From: an uncultured Planctomycetia bacterium
GTDB lineage: Bacteria > Omnitrophota > Gorgyraeia > CAYWPX01
Length of the DNA stretch: 64,000 bases
NCBI GenBank assembly: GCA_964460615.1
Contig: CAYWPX010000008.1
Location: forward strand, 6,849-70,848
Reading direction: 5' to 3'
Every line of letters starts with the position of its first letter. Within the stretch, counting starts at the first letter, position 1. The notes under the pieces are model-generated. The model was not told where the DNA came from. It was given only the letters and a program-made list of their open reading frames with translations, and did no database searches. Positions 25,491 through 35,233 of this stretch are shown piece after piece. A program made the translations under genes and the position numbers.

Positions 25491-27461
25491 CTACCACCCG
25501 CCTCCTCCGCCGCCTCCTCCTCCGCCTCCCGAACCGCCTCCGCTTCCCCCGGAAGAAGACCCCGGAGGAGTCGATGAACTCGATATGGCGTTTGAAAATG
25601 AGCTACTTAGATTGTTTGCAAAATTAAGCGTGCTGAACGCCGCCATATTTGAGCTATTATACCAGACCGGCCTATATGCCCTTCCATCAACATTAGCTTT
25701 CTCAAGCGTCTCGGAAAATCTTTCCGACCATTTCTGCTCCACATCCAAAGCCAGAGCATACGGCAAATATTTCTCGAATAATTCCGGGGTTTGGGCGGGA
25801 GGGTTAAGTATATTAAGCCTGTCTTTCTCTGCAACATTTAAATACATCTTAAATCCCTCGATCTTATCCATTATATTTCTGCCTTCAAAGGTCGGGGCTT
25901 TTAACAATTGGTAAAATATCGCGTTAATTAAAACTATCGAAATAAATATAACAACCATCAGCGGCGAAGTGGCACTTGATAAAGCATAAAGCCCGAAAAC
26001 TTCAAATATAACGAATGGGATTGAAAAAAGACTGAAAAATACTGCCATTCCAAGCATAGCGATTTTATTCTGTCCGCCGAACAAAAATTCTCTCCAGGCC
26101 CCAAAGCTCATAGCTAGTAAGAATATAACCCCGAATGACCATCCGGAAAGCCAAATATACATAAAGATAGCCGCACCGGCTGATTCTGATGATTCAAAAA
26201 AACCTCCGATAAACAGCACTAAAAACGAAAGCGCAGCTCCGACGATAAAATACTGGCTATTGGTATAAAAATATATCTTTTCAAATTTTATTTTAAGCCA
26301 ATTCTTTAGGCTAGTTATGGCACTCTTGATCTCTTTATGATTCGTATTGATAAGCTCTATCTTTGAGCTCCTGCCCAGAAGTTTATGCGCTATATCTCTT
26401 TCTTCATGGCTCAGTACCGACTCATCGGCACTACCCCTAAGAAGCGTATAAACTCCACCATCTTCATTGATTTTCAAAAATCCTTTTACTGCCATATTTA
26501 TGATAGTCGCTGCGAACGCCTTATTATCAAAACCCATTTTAACAACAAAACGTATCGATGCAGGGGTCATCATGTTAGGCGGATTAAAAAGCGGTATTAT
26601 AGTCCCTTTTTTAGGGTCCTTACCTACCATGGACCACATCGTTAAATAATAACCAAAAATTATTACCAGCCCCACAGCCCCCGTAATAGTCAGCTTATTA
26701 TCCAGGAAGAAATACCTTATTTTATCTTCCTTAGTTGGTTCTTTAAAATATCCTTTAGGAAAGGTGACTATTATGCTAAGGCCTTCGTAGGAATTCAGCC
26801 CTTTAGATGTACTGAAACTGGCCTCTCCTGAATCATAAATAAATGAAGTAAAATTCTTCTCTCGTGATCCCTGTGGCCCAGTATAGCCGTCAAGGGTCAC
26901 TTTATTAATAAGCTCTTTGGGTCCGAGCTTATTAATAAGCTCATCCGGGATCGTAACCCGGCAAGAAGCATTATCAATATCAAAAACCCACCCGTTGCCC
27001 GTTACATTCCAGAACAGTTCGTCATGGTCCTTAAAAAAACCCATCTGCCGGTCAGTAATATAAGAGATAGTGTATGTATATTCGCCCGGCGATAACAAAA
27101 TATCTTTGTTGCCTATATAGATGCGCTTGCCGTTACTAAGATTTGAAACTCTATAATTTTCAGAAACTCCGTTCTTTTGCACGCCAAGGATACGGAATCC
27201 TACAACATAATTATTCCCGAAATTATCTTTATATTTTGTCGGAAAATCCCTATAGATGCCGTGCTTGATCTTATTATTAGCTGACTTGACCTTGATCGTC
27301 TCTGTCACAGTCATTGCGGAATCTTTATCCAATCGGATATCGCTATGGAAAGAGATGATCTTTTCTGAAGCGCCGGCTGAAAGGGTCAGGCATAAATCCA
27401 CGATACAAAAAAATAAAACTGCTACAACGTATCTGATCCTAACGCCATTAGTCTTAGGCAA
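25491..27461 (-). CDS. DUF2207 domain membrane protein with a C-terminal poly-Gly/Ser tail
   Basis: N-terminal signal/TM, a large extracytoplasmic domain, a C-terminal multi-TM region and a terminal [22 protein letters not shown] tail. It is located immediately downstream of lemA, the usual pairing for DUF2207. Confidence 0.7.
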   Translation of the reverse strand: MPKTNGVRIRYVVAVLFFCIVDLCLTLSAGASEKIISFHSDIRLDKDSAMTVTETIKVKSANNKIKHGIYRDFPTKYKDNFGNNYVVGFRILGVQKNGVSENYRVSNLSNGKRIYIGNKDILLSPGEYTYTISYITDRQMGFFKDHDELFWNVTGNGWVFDIDNASCRVTIPDELINKLGPKELINKVTLDGYTGPQGSREKNFTSFIYDSGEASFSTSKGLNSYEGLSIIVTFPKGYFKEPTKEDKIRYFFLDNKLTITGAVGLVIIFGYYLTMWSMVGKDPKKGTIIPLFNPPNMMTPASIRFVVKMGFDNKAFAATIINMAVKGFLKINEDGGVYTLLRGSADESVLSHEERDIAHKLLGRSSKIELINTNHKEIKSAITSLKNWLKIKFEKIYFYTNSQYFIVGAALSFLVLFIGGFFESSESAGAAIFMYIWLSGWSFGVIFLLAMSFGAWREFLFGGQNKIAMLGMAVFFSLFSIPFVIFEVFGLYALSSATSPLMVVIFISIVLINAIFYQLLKAPTFEGRNIMDKIEGFKMYLNVAEKDRLNILNPPAQTPELFEKYLPYALALDVEQKWSERFSETLEKANVDGRAYRPVWYNSSNMAAFSTLNFANNLSSSFSNAISSSSTPPGSSSGGSGGGSGGGGGGGGGGGW

Positions 27462-28002
27462 TCTTTACCTCCGGGACCGCTCTTTCGGTAGCAAATTCTA
27501 TCTCAAAAAATTCTCTGGTTTTAAAGCCAAACATCATGGCAACCAAATTACTGGGGAAAGACTCGACTCTTATATTATAATCCCTTACCGTCCCGTTATA
27601 ATATCGCCTCGAAAGTTGGATCTGGTCTTCGACCTCGGTAAGATTTTTCACTAGATCCAAAAAATTCTGGCTGGACTTAAGGTCAGGATAGTTCTCGGCG
27701 ACTGCGAACAGGTTTTTTATCGTCCCTGAAAGTTTGTTCTCTGCATCTATTTTTTCTTTAAGTGATGCGGCATTTACAGCCTGAGTACGCAAAGCCGTAA
27801 CTTCTTCCATTACATTCTTTTCAAACTGCATATATCCTTTTACTGAAGCAACAATGTTCGGTATAAGATCGTATCTTCTTTTAAGCTGGACATCTATCCC
27901 GCTCCACGCCTCATTTATAAGGTTTCTATCTCGAATAAATAGATTATAAGTTATACCAAAAAAACCCAGGACAACACCTAAAATAACTATTAATATCAGC
28001 AT
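27454..28002 (-). CDS. lemA: LemA family protein
   Basis: An N-terminal TM followed by the conserved LemA motifs [20 protein letters not shown]...NYPDLK...RRYYN. Confidence 0.85.
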   Translation of the reverse strand: MLILIVILGVVLGFFGITYNLFIRDRNLINEAWSGIDVQLKRRYDLIPNIVASVKGYMQFEKNVMEEVTALRTQAVNAASLKEKIDAENKLSGTIKNLFAVAENYPDLKSSQNFLDLVKNLTEVEDQIQLSRRYYNGTVRDYNIRVESFPSNLVAMMFGFKTREFFEIEFATERAVPEVKIA

Positions 28003-28093
28003 TTCACCTTTCTCTTAAGTCTTTAAATAAGTAATTACTATTTCAATTGGCTTTTTATGAGCTATCAGCTAATAACTATGAGCTAATTTCCTC

Positions 28094-28966
28094 TTATTTC
28101 CCTATCGGCAATATACCTTTGATCTGATCGATCGCTTTATTAGCGGTGTCTCCCGCGGCTTTACCGACATTACCAACCGCTTCCTGGGCGGCCTTACCGG
28201 CCTCATTCAAATTACCGGCGTCTAAAGCCTTCTGTCCTTCGCCAAGTATCTTTGTAGCGGCTTGGCTGACATTCTTGGTCGCAGACTCTAGAATTTTCGA
28301 TGCATCGGGCATCAATGGGCCCAAATCAAAATTCGCCAGATTAGCTATAATGGTATTTTGAAGAGCTTTGACGATGATTATGCTGCTGAGCGCATAAGGG
28401 TCAGTGATGTTTTCAAAATGTTCATCAATATTAATATTAAAATCTCTTACCCTTGGGCTAGTGCCCATAGAATAGTCTTTATACGAAACCTTGCTTATCT
28501 TCAGATCAAAAGAGTCGATCCGGATGTCGGGCATCTTGGCACCGGGCGCAGTAGTTGTTTTCACGCCCTCTTTTTTTGCCTGTTGGGATCTTACGGTATT
28601 TAATGAATTAAGATTTAGTTCGCCTTTGGAATTTTTGACTACATTCATTTCTTTCAGATTGAGGCGCATCTTCTCTATGTGGATTTTGCCTGCAAGAATC
28701 GCACCGAGATCATAGTCGATAAATAGCTCCGGCATATCGAGCATTACTTTTTCCGGGTATCCTGCGGGGTTATAGAGTTTGAGGTTTTTTACATCGATGA
28801 GAGTATTGAAAACTCCGATATTTATTTTTTCAATACCAAGTTCGAGACCGGTCATCGCTTTTACAACACTGGTAAGCGCGGTCTTTACAATAATATTCCT
28901 ACCAACGTAGAACAAAAAGAGTACTGCGATGATAATAATGACGATTTTAACAAATATACTCTTCAT
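28094..28966 (-). CDS. Hypothetical membrane-anchored protein with an Ala/Lys/Gly-rich low-complexity C-terminus
   Basis: A single N-terminal TM. The C-terminal ~60 aa are of the form KAAQEAVGNVGKAAGDTANKAIDQIKG. I recognise no catalytic motif. Confidence 0.4.
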   Translation of the reverse strand: MKSIFVKIVIIIIAVLFLFYVGRNIIVKTALTSVVKAMTGLELGIEKINIGVFNTLIDVKNLKLYNPAGYPEKVMLDMPELFIDYDLGAILAGKIHIEKMRLNLKEMNVVKNSKGELNLNSLNTVRSQQAKKEGVKTTTAPGAKMPDIRIDSFDLKISKVSYKDYSMGTSPRVRDFNINIDEHFENITDPYALSSIIIVKALQNTIIANLANFDLGPLMPDASKILESATKNVSQAATKILGEGQKALDAGNLNEAGKAAQEAVGNVGKAAGDTANKAIDQIKGILPIGK

Positions 28967-28995
28967 GGCACCTGCCTCCTTTTTTTAACACAGTT

Positions 28996-29835
28996 TTACC
29001 TATAGGTATTTTGAAAAAATGAGTTCAGATTATGTACATATATATTATAACCTAAATTTGATTTTTTTGCGTTTTTTTCTATAATTTTTTTTACATCAAG
29101 CCAGTACCCGGAATATTTGGCCACATCTTTTGATAGCTCAATATATTTTGTTTTAAGCCCCGGTCTTATTATGCCGATAGCCTCGATGATCTCTTTTATA
29201 TTACCAAGATTGAAATTCAAAGTTTCAAATTCTATTCTTTTAGCTATTTTGATGATACCGAACACTCTTTCGATATCCGAAACATATGGAAGTATGGGCG
29301 AAAAATACGGAATAACGTTTATGCCGTTTTCTAAGAGTGTTTCTATGCATTGGAACCTGGCGCTAAACGCAGGGCTTTTGGGTTCCAGGATATTTTTGAA
29401 CTCATCGCTAAAATCATTTATTGTAAAATATATGCTCTCGCAGTAGCCCCCTTTGAGTAGCGGCATATAATCTAGGGCTAAGGTAGATCTGGTAAGGATA
29501 TTATAATAGACCTTATGTTTATTCAGGATTTCGAGTATCTGCCAAGTCAGCCTGTAATTCTTTTCCGATGTCTGGAAGCAATCAGTGGTCGACCCTATAA
29601 GCACTCTTTTAGGTATTTTTTTTGAAAGCTCTTTTTCCAAAAGGAGAGGTGCATTGACCCTCGCATCAACATATTCGCCCCAAATCCTCGGATCGGAGGA
29701 ATTAACTTTAGTAAATCTGGAATAGCAGTACAGGCACCCGAACTGGCATCCTTTGTACGGATTTATTACAAATTCCCCCAGATCTATCGAAGTAGGGTTA
29801 AGGACTCTGGTCATTTTAACATCTTTAATTTCCAT
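28996..29835 (-). CDS. Radical SAM protein, SplB-like (COG1533 spore-photoproduct-lyase family)
   Basis: NPYKGCQFGCLYCYSRF contains the CxxxCxxC motif in the context typical of the SplB/COG1533 family. Confidence 0.65.
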   Translation of the reverse strand: MEIKDVKMTRVLNPTSIDLGEFVINPYKGCQFGCLYCYSRFTKVNSSDPRIWGEYVDARVNAPLLLEKELSKKIPKRVLIGSTTDCFQTSEKNYRLTWQILEILNKHKVYYNILTRSTLALDYMPLLKGGYCESIYFTINDFSDEFKNILEPKSPAFSARFQCIETLLENGINVIPYFSPILPYVSDIERVFGIIKIAKRIEFETLNFNLGNIKEIIEAIGIIRPGLKTKYIELSKDVAKYSGYWLDVKKIIEKNAKKSNLGYNIYVHNLNSFFQNTYR

Positions 29836-29838
29836 ATA

Positions 29839-31158
29839 TCACTTTTCCACCAGATTCATTAAAAATGATTTTGTATATTTAAATCCGGATTTTTTTATGG
29901 CATCAATGAAATCTATAGTCCTGTCCAAAGCATTTTTGGATACTCTATAGTCAGCCTCTTTGGATAATTCTGTGCCCTCATAATACAAAAATGGGTTTAC
30001 CTGCTCGATCTTAGATATAAGATCTTTATTTTTAATGACAAATTCAAGGCTTTCGTAATAATCCTCCTTGCTTTCTCCCGGAAACCCCATGATCATGCTG
30101 ACCCCAAAAGACAGCTTATTTGATTTAAGCTTAGTAAAAAAATCGATCGCCTCCTTAGAGGTGTAACCTTTTTTCATATATCTAAGGGTCCGATCGCTAC
30201 CTGACTCCAGGCCTACAAAGAGATGATAACATCCGCTTTTTTTAATTTTTTCGAATAAATTTTCAGGCATATCAGGCCTTATGGCGATCTGGGCTTCCCA
30301 TTTGATCGATCCAAAATTATTTATTATCTCCAGGCACAAGTCCTGAAGCAGCCTGAGATCGCCGTTGATCAAAGAATCCTGGAAAATAAAATATTCTATG
30401 CCCTTATCCTTGAAATTCCTTATAGTATCTATCAATAGCCATGTCGGGTAACTCCTGTACTTTTTATACAATAACCTTTCGGAACAAAAAGCGCATTTTT
30501 TTATACATCCGCGCGAAAAAAGAAGAGCGACTGCGTTTTTTTTGGGATAATCATTAGGGTTGAAGTCATCATAAATAGGAACTGAGAGATTATTCGGATC
30601 CTCCTCTCCTTCAAATATAGCAGCTTCCTCTACTGTAAAGGGGTTTTTCAGGTATCTTAATAACGGCTTTTCACCTTCGCCTGCAATAATAAAATCGGCT
30701 TCGTTCTTGAATTTACGGCAAAGGTCATCCTTCAGAATGAAATACTGCCTTGTGATCTCAGGCCCGCCAAAAACTATCTTGATGCCCGGTTTTTCTTTTT
30801 TTAAATATCCGGCTACCTGAAGCGTAAAATTAAAATTGCTTTTATAGCAGGAGAACCCTACCGCATCATATGAAATAAGCTCTTTGAGCATAAGCTCATA
30901 ATCTTTAGCGAACTCACGCCTGATAAGATCCCAAATCTTAGTTTCAAGGCTGATGTTAGAGCTTTTTGCCCACTCTTTTTTTAGATCGGCTCCGGCAAGT
31001 TTGAAAAAATAGTTATTATAATCAAGCGTCTTAACTATTATATCATTCTTCTCTAAATAACCTTTTAGATAAGCCAGGCTCACGGGGGGAAGATTAGGCC
31101 AGAATAGAGGCATGATCGTTAGAGCTGTATTATTTGATAAGATGTTTTTATCGGTCAT
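29839..31158 (-). CDS. B12-binding domain-containing radical SAM protein (class B)
   Basis: N-terminal B12-binding fold followed by LLFSRGCIKKCAFCSE. It is separated by 4 nt from the SplB-like rSAM gene. Confidence 0.75.
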   Translation of the reverse strand: MTDKNILSNNTALTIMPLFWPNLPPVSLAYLKGYLEKNDIIVKTLDYNNYFFKLAGADLKKEWAKSSNISLETKIWDLIRREFAKDYELMLKELISYDAVGFSCYKSNFNFTLQVAGYLKKEKPGIKIVFGGPEITRQYFILKDDLCRKFKNEADFIIAGEGEKPLLRYLKNPFTVEEAAIFEGEEDPNNLSVPIYDDFNPNDYPKKNAVALLFSRGCIKKCAFCSERLLYKKYRSYPTWLLIDTIRNFKDKGIEYFIFQDSLINGDLRLLQDLCLEIINNFGSIKWEAQIAIRPDMPENLFEKIKKSGCYHLFVGLESGSDRTLRYMKKGYTSKEAIDFFTKLKSNKLSFGVSMIMGFPGESKEDYYESLEFVIKNKDLISKIEQVNPFLYYEGTELSKEADYRVSKNALDRTIDFIDAIKKSGFKYTKSFLMNLVEK

Positions 31159-31279
31159 TTTTATTATACTTACTCCTAGCCTTTAAATTATATCAAATCA
31201 CGCCCCATATTGTGTACTAATAATTTAATTGATTTAAGAATATACCTAGTGCTAATATAAAGGTGAGGGGAGAAATAAT

Positions 31280-32968
31280 ATGAACTTACTGGTTCTGACT
31301 TTTTTTTGTATTAGTCTATTATTATTGGGTTATTTTATTTACGGATATTTTTTAAAAAAGATCCTGAAACTGGATCCAAATATCAAAACTCCTAGTCATA
31401 CCCTTAGAGACGGATTAGATTATGAACCCGCCGGTAAACATTATTTACTTGGCCAGCATCTGTCGGCAATAGCTGCCGCCGGGCCTATAGTCGGGCCTAT
31501 TCTGGCAGGAATGTGGTTTGGATGGCTTCCCACGATAATATGGATAATAATCGGAGGGATATTTGTCGGAGGAGTACATGATTTTACCGCCCTTGTAGCA
31601 TCTATCCGTCACAAAGGTATGTCAATAGCGGAAGTCATAAGAGAAAACATGTCAAAAAAGGCATTTGTGATCTTTTTGCTTTTTTTGTGGTTTTCTATCA
31701 TTTATATTATTACCGCTTTTACAGATATAACTGCTAGCACTTTTGTTGATAAGGTAAGAGGCCCGGAAGTAGCATCAAGCTCCATGATGTACCTTACGCT
31801 TGCTCTTATAATGGGCATACTATTAAGGAAGTTCAGATTCCCACTTTTCATAACTACGCTTATTTTCTTGCCGCTGGTATTTGTTTGTATTAACCTCGGG
31901 CCCGTATTCCCTCTCCACCTTCCCCCGTTCTTTGGTTTGGACCAAAGAACTTCTTGGGATCTGGTTCTTTTGGGTTATTGTTTTTTTGCTTCAATAATCC
32001 CGGTATGGCTTTTACTGCAACCAAGAGGATACCTGGGAGGATTTTTTCTGGCGTTCACAGCAGGGGTCAGTTTTTTAGGGTTAGTGATAGGTAATTTTAT
32101 CCAGCACTACACCATTCAATACCCTGCTTTTATAGGATGGGCAAATCCTCAGGGCCTTCCTCTCTTGCCGTTACTTTTTACAACTGTCGCTTGCGGCGCA
32201 TGTTCGGGGTTTCATGCTATTGTCTCTTCCGGAACGACTTCTAAACAGATAGACAAAGAAACCGATGCCAAACTCGTTGGATACGGCGGAATGCTATTGG
32301 AAAGTTTTGTCGCTATAATAGCCCTCGGAACACTTTTAATATTAACAACTAATGAAGCAAATAAACTTCAGGACCCTAACCAGATATACGCTAACGGTAT
32401 CGCAACATTTTTGGGAAATCTTGGGATCAAGAAAGAATTCGCTTTAAATTTTGCGCTTCTTGCTTTCGCGACATTTGTTTATGATACGCTTGATGTAGCA
32501 ACCCGCTTAGGTAGATACATTTTTCAGGAGCTTACAGGTGTTAAAGGCAAGCGCGGTGCTTATATAGCTACATTCGCTACATTAATACTCCCTGTAACTT
32601 TTATAGTACTTCCGGCGGTTATGTTTATGTCTTGCCACAAAGGCCTGGACAATAACGCAGTTCCCACCTGGAAAATTTTCTGGACGATATTCGGCTCCAG
32701 CAATCAACTTCTGGCAGCTCTGGTGCTTCTTGGAATAAGCGTCTGGTTATTCAAGAAAAAGATAAACTCTTTATTTACTCTGATACCATCCATATTCATG
32801 ATAATTGTAGCGGTGCTATCTCTGGTTATTATCTTAAAACCCTGGTTATTAAAAATCTTGGGCGGAAATATCTTTATTGAGCCTATGGCAATTACGGGGA
32901 TAATACTTTTAATACTTGCGGTTCTTTTAATAGCTGAGGTAATAAAGGTATTCAAACAAAAAAGTTGA
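31280..32968 (+). CDS. cstA: Carbon starvation protein CstA (peptide/pyruvate transporter family)
   Basis: N-terminal CstA block DYEPAGKHYLLGQHLSAIAAAGPIVGPILA and a multi-TM protein of 562 aa. A terminator hairpin overlaps the stop codon. Confidence 0.9.
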   Translation: MNLLVLTFFCISLLLLGYFIYGYFLKKILKLDPNIKTPSHTLRDGLDYEPAGKHYLLGQHLSAIAAAGPIVGPILAGMWFGWLPTIIWIIIGGIFVGGVHDFTALVASIRHKGMSIAEVIRENMSKKAFVIFLLFLWFSIIYIITAFTDITASTFVDKVRGPEVASSSMMYLTLALIMGILLRKFRFPLFITTLIFLPLVFVCINLGPVFPLHLPPFFGLDQRTSWDLVLLGYCFFASIIPVWLLLQPRGYLGGFFLAFTAGVSFLGLVIGNFIQHYTIQYPAFIGWANPQGLPLLPLLFTTVACGACSGFHAIVSSGTTSKQIDKETDAKLVGYGGMLLESFVAIIALGTLLILTTNEANKLQDPNQIYANGIATFLGNLGIKKEFALNFALLAFATFVYDTLDVATRLGRYIFQELTGVKGKRGAYIATFATLILPVTFIVLPAVMFMSCHKGLDNNAVPTWKIFWTIFGSSNQLLAALVLLGISVWLFKKKINSLFTLIPSIFMIIVAVLSLVIILKPWLLKILGGNIFIEPMAITGIILLILAVLLIAEVIKVFKQKS

Positions 32969-32998
32969 ATACCTTAAATAAAGATATTCAACTTTTTG
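32963..32998 (+). terminator. Intrinsic terminator of cstA
   Basis: AGTTGAATA-(loop)-TATTCAACT followed by TTTTT. The hairpin begins within the cstA stop codon. Confidence 0.6.
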
Positions 32999-33069
32999 TA
33001 ATTTTTGTTTATGGTTTTTGCTTTTGGTATAGGCTCATGCCCCCTTCGCCATAAGGCAACCAGTCTAAG

Positions 33070-34425
33070 CTATACCTTCGGGACTCTGAGCATTGCATCA
33101 TCGACGTCTTTCTGGGAATATTCAAAATCCTCCAATTTACCTGCCAGATAATTATCATATGCCGCCATATCAAGATACCCGTGCCCGCTTAGATTAAATA
33201 AAATTACCTTCTCTTCTCCGGCTTCTCTTGCTTTAATGGCTTCATCAATAGCGCATCTAATTGCATGCGAAGATTCTGGCGCCGGCACTAAGCCTTCGGC
33301 CTTGGCAAATTGAAGAGCAGCTTCAAAAACAGGATTCTGTTTATAGGAAACAGCTTCGATTAGATTCTGGTCCTTTAAGAGGCTTATTATAGGCGACATC
33401 CCATGATACCTGAGGCCTCCGGCATGGATACCTGCAGGAATAAAATCATGCCCAAGAGTATGCATCTTTAATAGCGGCGTCATCTTGGCAACATCGCCAA
33501 AATCATAAGTATATTTACCTTTTGTAAGAGTTGGGCAGGCTGATGGCTCTACTGCAATAAATTTCATCTTTTTACCGTTTAATTTATCAGGAATAAATGG
33601 AAATGCAATGCCTGCAAAATTACTTCCTCCGCCGACACATCCGATTACAATATCAGGAAAGTCACCAACCGAAGCAAACTGTTTTTTGGCCTCTTCACCT
33701 ATAACCGTCTGATGCAATAATACATGGTTCAATACACTCCCTAAGGCATATTTAGTATTACCGCCGCTTTTAACAGCCTGCTCGATAGCTTCGCTTATGG
33801 CAATGCCAAGGCTTCCCGGAGTATTGGGATGATCTTTGAGAACATTAATACCGGCCTCTGTCAATTCACTGGGACTTGCAATAACCTTTGCTCCCCAGAG
33901 ATTCATGGCGGATTTTCTGTAGGGCTTCTGCTGGTAACTTACCTTGACCATATATACCGTGCATCCTAGACCAAAGAAATTACAGGCAAGCGACAACGCC
34001 ATACCCCACTGCCCTGCGCCGGTCTCAGTAGAAAGATTTTTAACTCCTTCTATCTTATTATAATAGGCTTGCGCAATAGAGGTATTTAGCTTATGACTGC
34101 CAACCGGAGATGCTCCTTCATATTTATAATAGATCCTTGCAGGTGTGTCTAAAACAGCCTCCAAACGCCTGGCCCTATAAAGCGGTGTAGGCCTCCAGAG
34201 CCTGTAGATATCCATAACCTCATCGGGAATTCTGATAAGCCTTTCTGTAGAGACTTCCTGCTCTATAAGGCCCACAGGGAAAATAGGACGAAGATCATCG
34301 AGACTGATAGGTTTTTTTGTCCCCGGATGTAATGGCGGAGGTAAAGGCACCGGAAGGTCATGCAGAACATTATACCAGCACTGCGGCATATCTTTTTCTT
34401 CTAAAAGAATCTTTGTCCTATCCAT
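33070..34425 (-). CDS. trpB: TrpB-like pyridoxal-phosphate-dependent tryptophan synthase beta chain (TrpB2 type)
   Basis: 451 aa. The PLP-lysine region [10 protein letters not shown] and a GGGSN glycine loop; the length and insertions are typical of stand-alone TrpB2. Confidence 0.85.
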   Translation of the reverse strand: MDRTKILLEEKDMPQCWYNVLHDLPVPLPPPLHPGTKKPISLDDLRPIFPVGLIEQEVSTERLIRIPDEVMDIYRLWRPTPLYRARRLEAVLDTPARIYYKYEGASPVGSHKLNTSIAQAYYNKIEGVKNLSTETGAGQWGMALSLACNFFGLGCTVYMVKVSYQQKPYRKSAMNLWGAKVIASPSELTEAGINVLKDHPNTPGSLGIAISEAIEQAVKSGGNTKYALGSVLNHVLLHQTVIGEEAKKQFASVGDFPDIVIGCVGGGSNFAGIAFPFIPDKLNGKKMKFIAVEPSACPTLTKGKYTYDFGDVAKMTPLLKMHTLGHDFIPAGIHAGGLRYHGMSPIISLLKDQNLIEAVSYKQNPVFEAALQFAKAEGLVPAPESSHAIRCAIDEAIKAREAGEEKVILFNLSGHGYLDMAAYDNYLAGKLEDFEYSQKDVDDAMLRVPKV

Positions 34426-34471
34426 AATATATTAAACCCCTCCATTTTATTAAGTACTTCGTCGTTCGCAC

Positions 34472-34500
34472 TTCGTACATCGTTACTAACGATGTACGAA
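34472..34500. promoter_or_regulatory. Perfect palindrome with 14-bp arms and a 1-nt spacer, 47-75 nt upstream of trpB2; candidate operator
   Basis: TTCGTACATCGTTA-C-TAACGATGTACGAA. The same half-site occurs as a tandem direct repeat at 6873-6898 (TTCGAACATCGT CA TTCGTACATCGC). Confidence 0.45.
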
Positions 34501-34743
34501 ATACGATATTCTATTTTTAATATAACATTTTGTCGTGCTTTATTCAATATTTTTTCTTTAAATGGAATTTATTGAGGACTTGACTTGATGATCAATAGAC
34601 ATATCTTAAAGATAACTATAAAAAGGGGTTTGAAATAAAAAAATTGGAATGCCGGCTCGAGAGAGGATAAAACAGCCTTTTAATTAGAAAATATAAAGGG
34701 GGTAAAATAATAGTGGCGAAGATGCCCTGGCTTAGACTTAGGA

Positions 34744-35214
34744 TTATTTTATAAGGTCTTCTATAAAATCATAGACCCTATTGGTCTTTGTGATAAAGGC
34801 CACACCCACATCAAAGAAACCATTTTCGTTATTTTCTATTCTTACGACTTTCCCAAGAATCTTATTCTTTACAACTAGCGCTCTATTTTCTATCTCCTGG
34901 CATACTCTTGCGGTCCTGCAATCAAGGTCCAACACAAGAATACTTGAAATAGTCGGAGCTTTTCTAGTAGTAAAGCTTATTCCTGAGGCGCTAAGATTCT
35001 TTGAAACGGCTTCTATGAGGTTTGAAACGGGGTTTTTTTCTCTGGCGGTATCAATTTCGTTATAACGGACAGGACTTTCATATTCATACCTTAAAAACTC
35101 TCTTCTATCTCTTCCAACATATCCTTCGGTCATATTTTCCCCTCCTTTTTTCTCCCAACCAATAGTATACCTGTTAAAATAATAAAACGCAAGCTGATAA
35201 TTATCTAAATTCAT
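34744..35214 (-). CDS. PilZ domain protein (c-di-GMP receptor)
   Basis: RxxxR motif (RREFLR) and D/NxSxxG motif (NLSASG) about 30 aa apart. The true start is probably the internal Met (MTEGYVG, about 35133), since it is preceded by a GGAGG-like sequence (translated KKGGEN). Confidence 0.65.
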   Translation of the reverse strand: MNLDNYQLAFYYFNRYTIGWEKKGGENMTEGYVGRDRREFLRYEYESPVRYNEIDTAREKNPVSNLIEAVSKNLSASGISFTTRKAPTISSILVLDLDCRTARVCQEIENRALVVKNKILGKVVRIENNENGFFDVGVAFITKTNRVYDFIEDLIK

Positions 35215-35233
35215 TATTTAGATCAGGGTTAAT

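Noticed and set aside
25491-25580. Locally GC-rich tract as possibly foreign DNA
   Set aside because: It encodes the in-frame poly-Gly/Ser C-terminal tail of the DUF2207 protein. It is a compositional effect of GGN/TCN codons rather than horizontally acquired sequence.
34426-34743. Possible Trp-codon leader peptide or attenuator upstream of trpB2
   Set aside because: I found no short ORF with tandem Trp codons on the coding strand in this 318-bp region. The perfect palindrome there looks like an operator rather than an attenuator.
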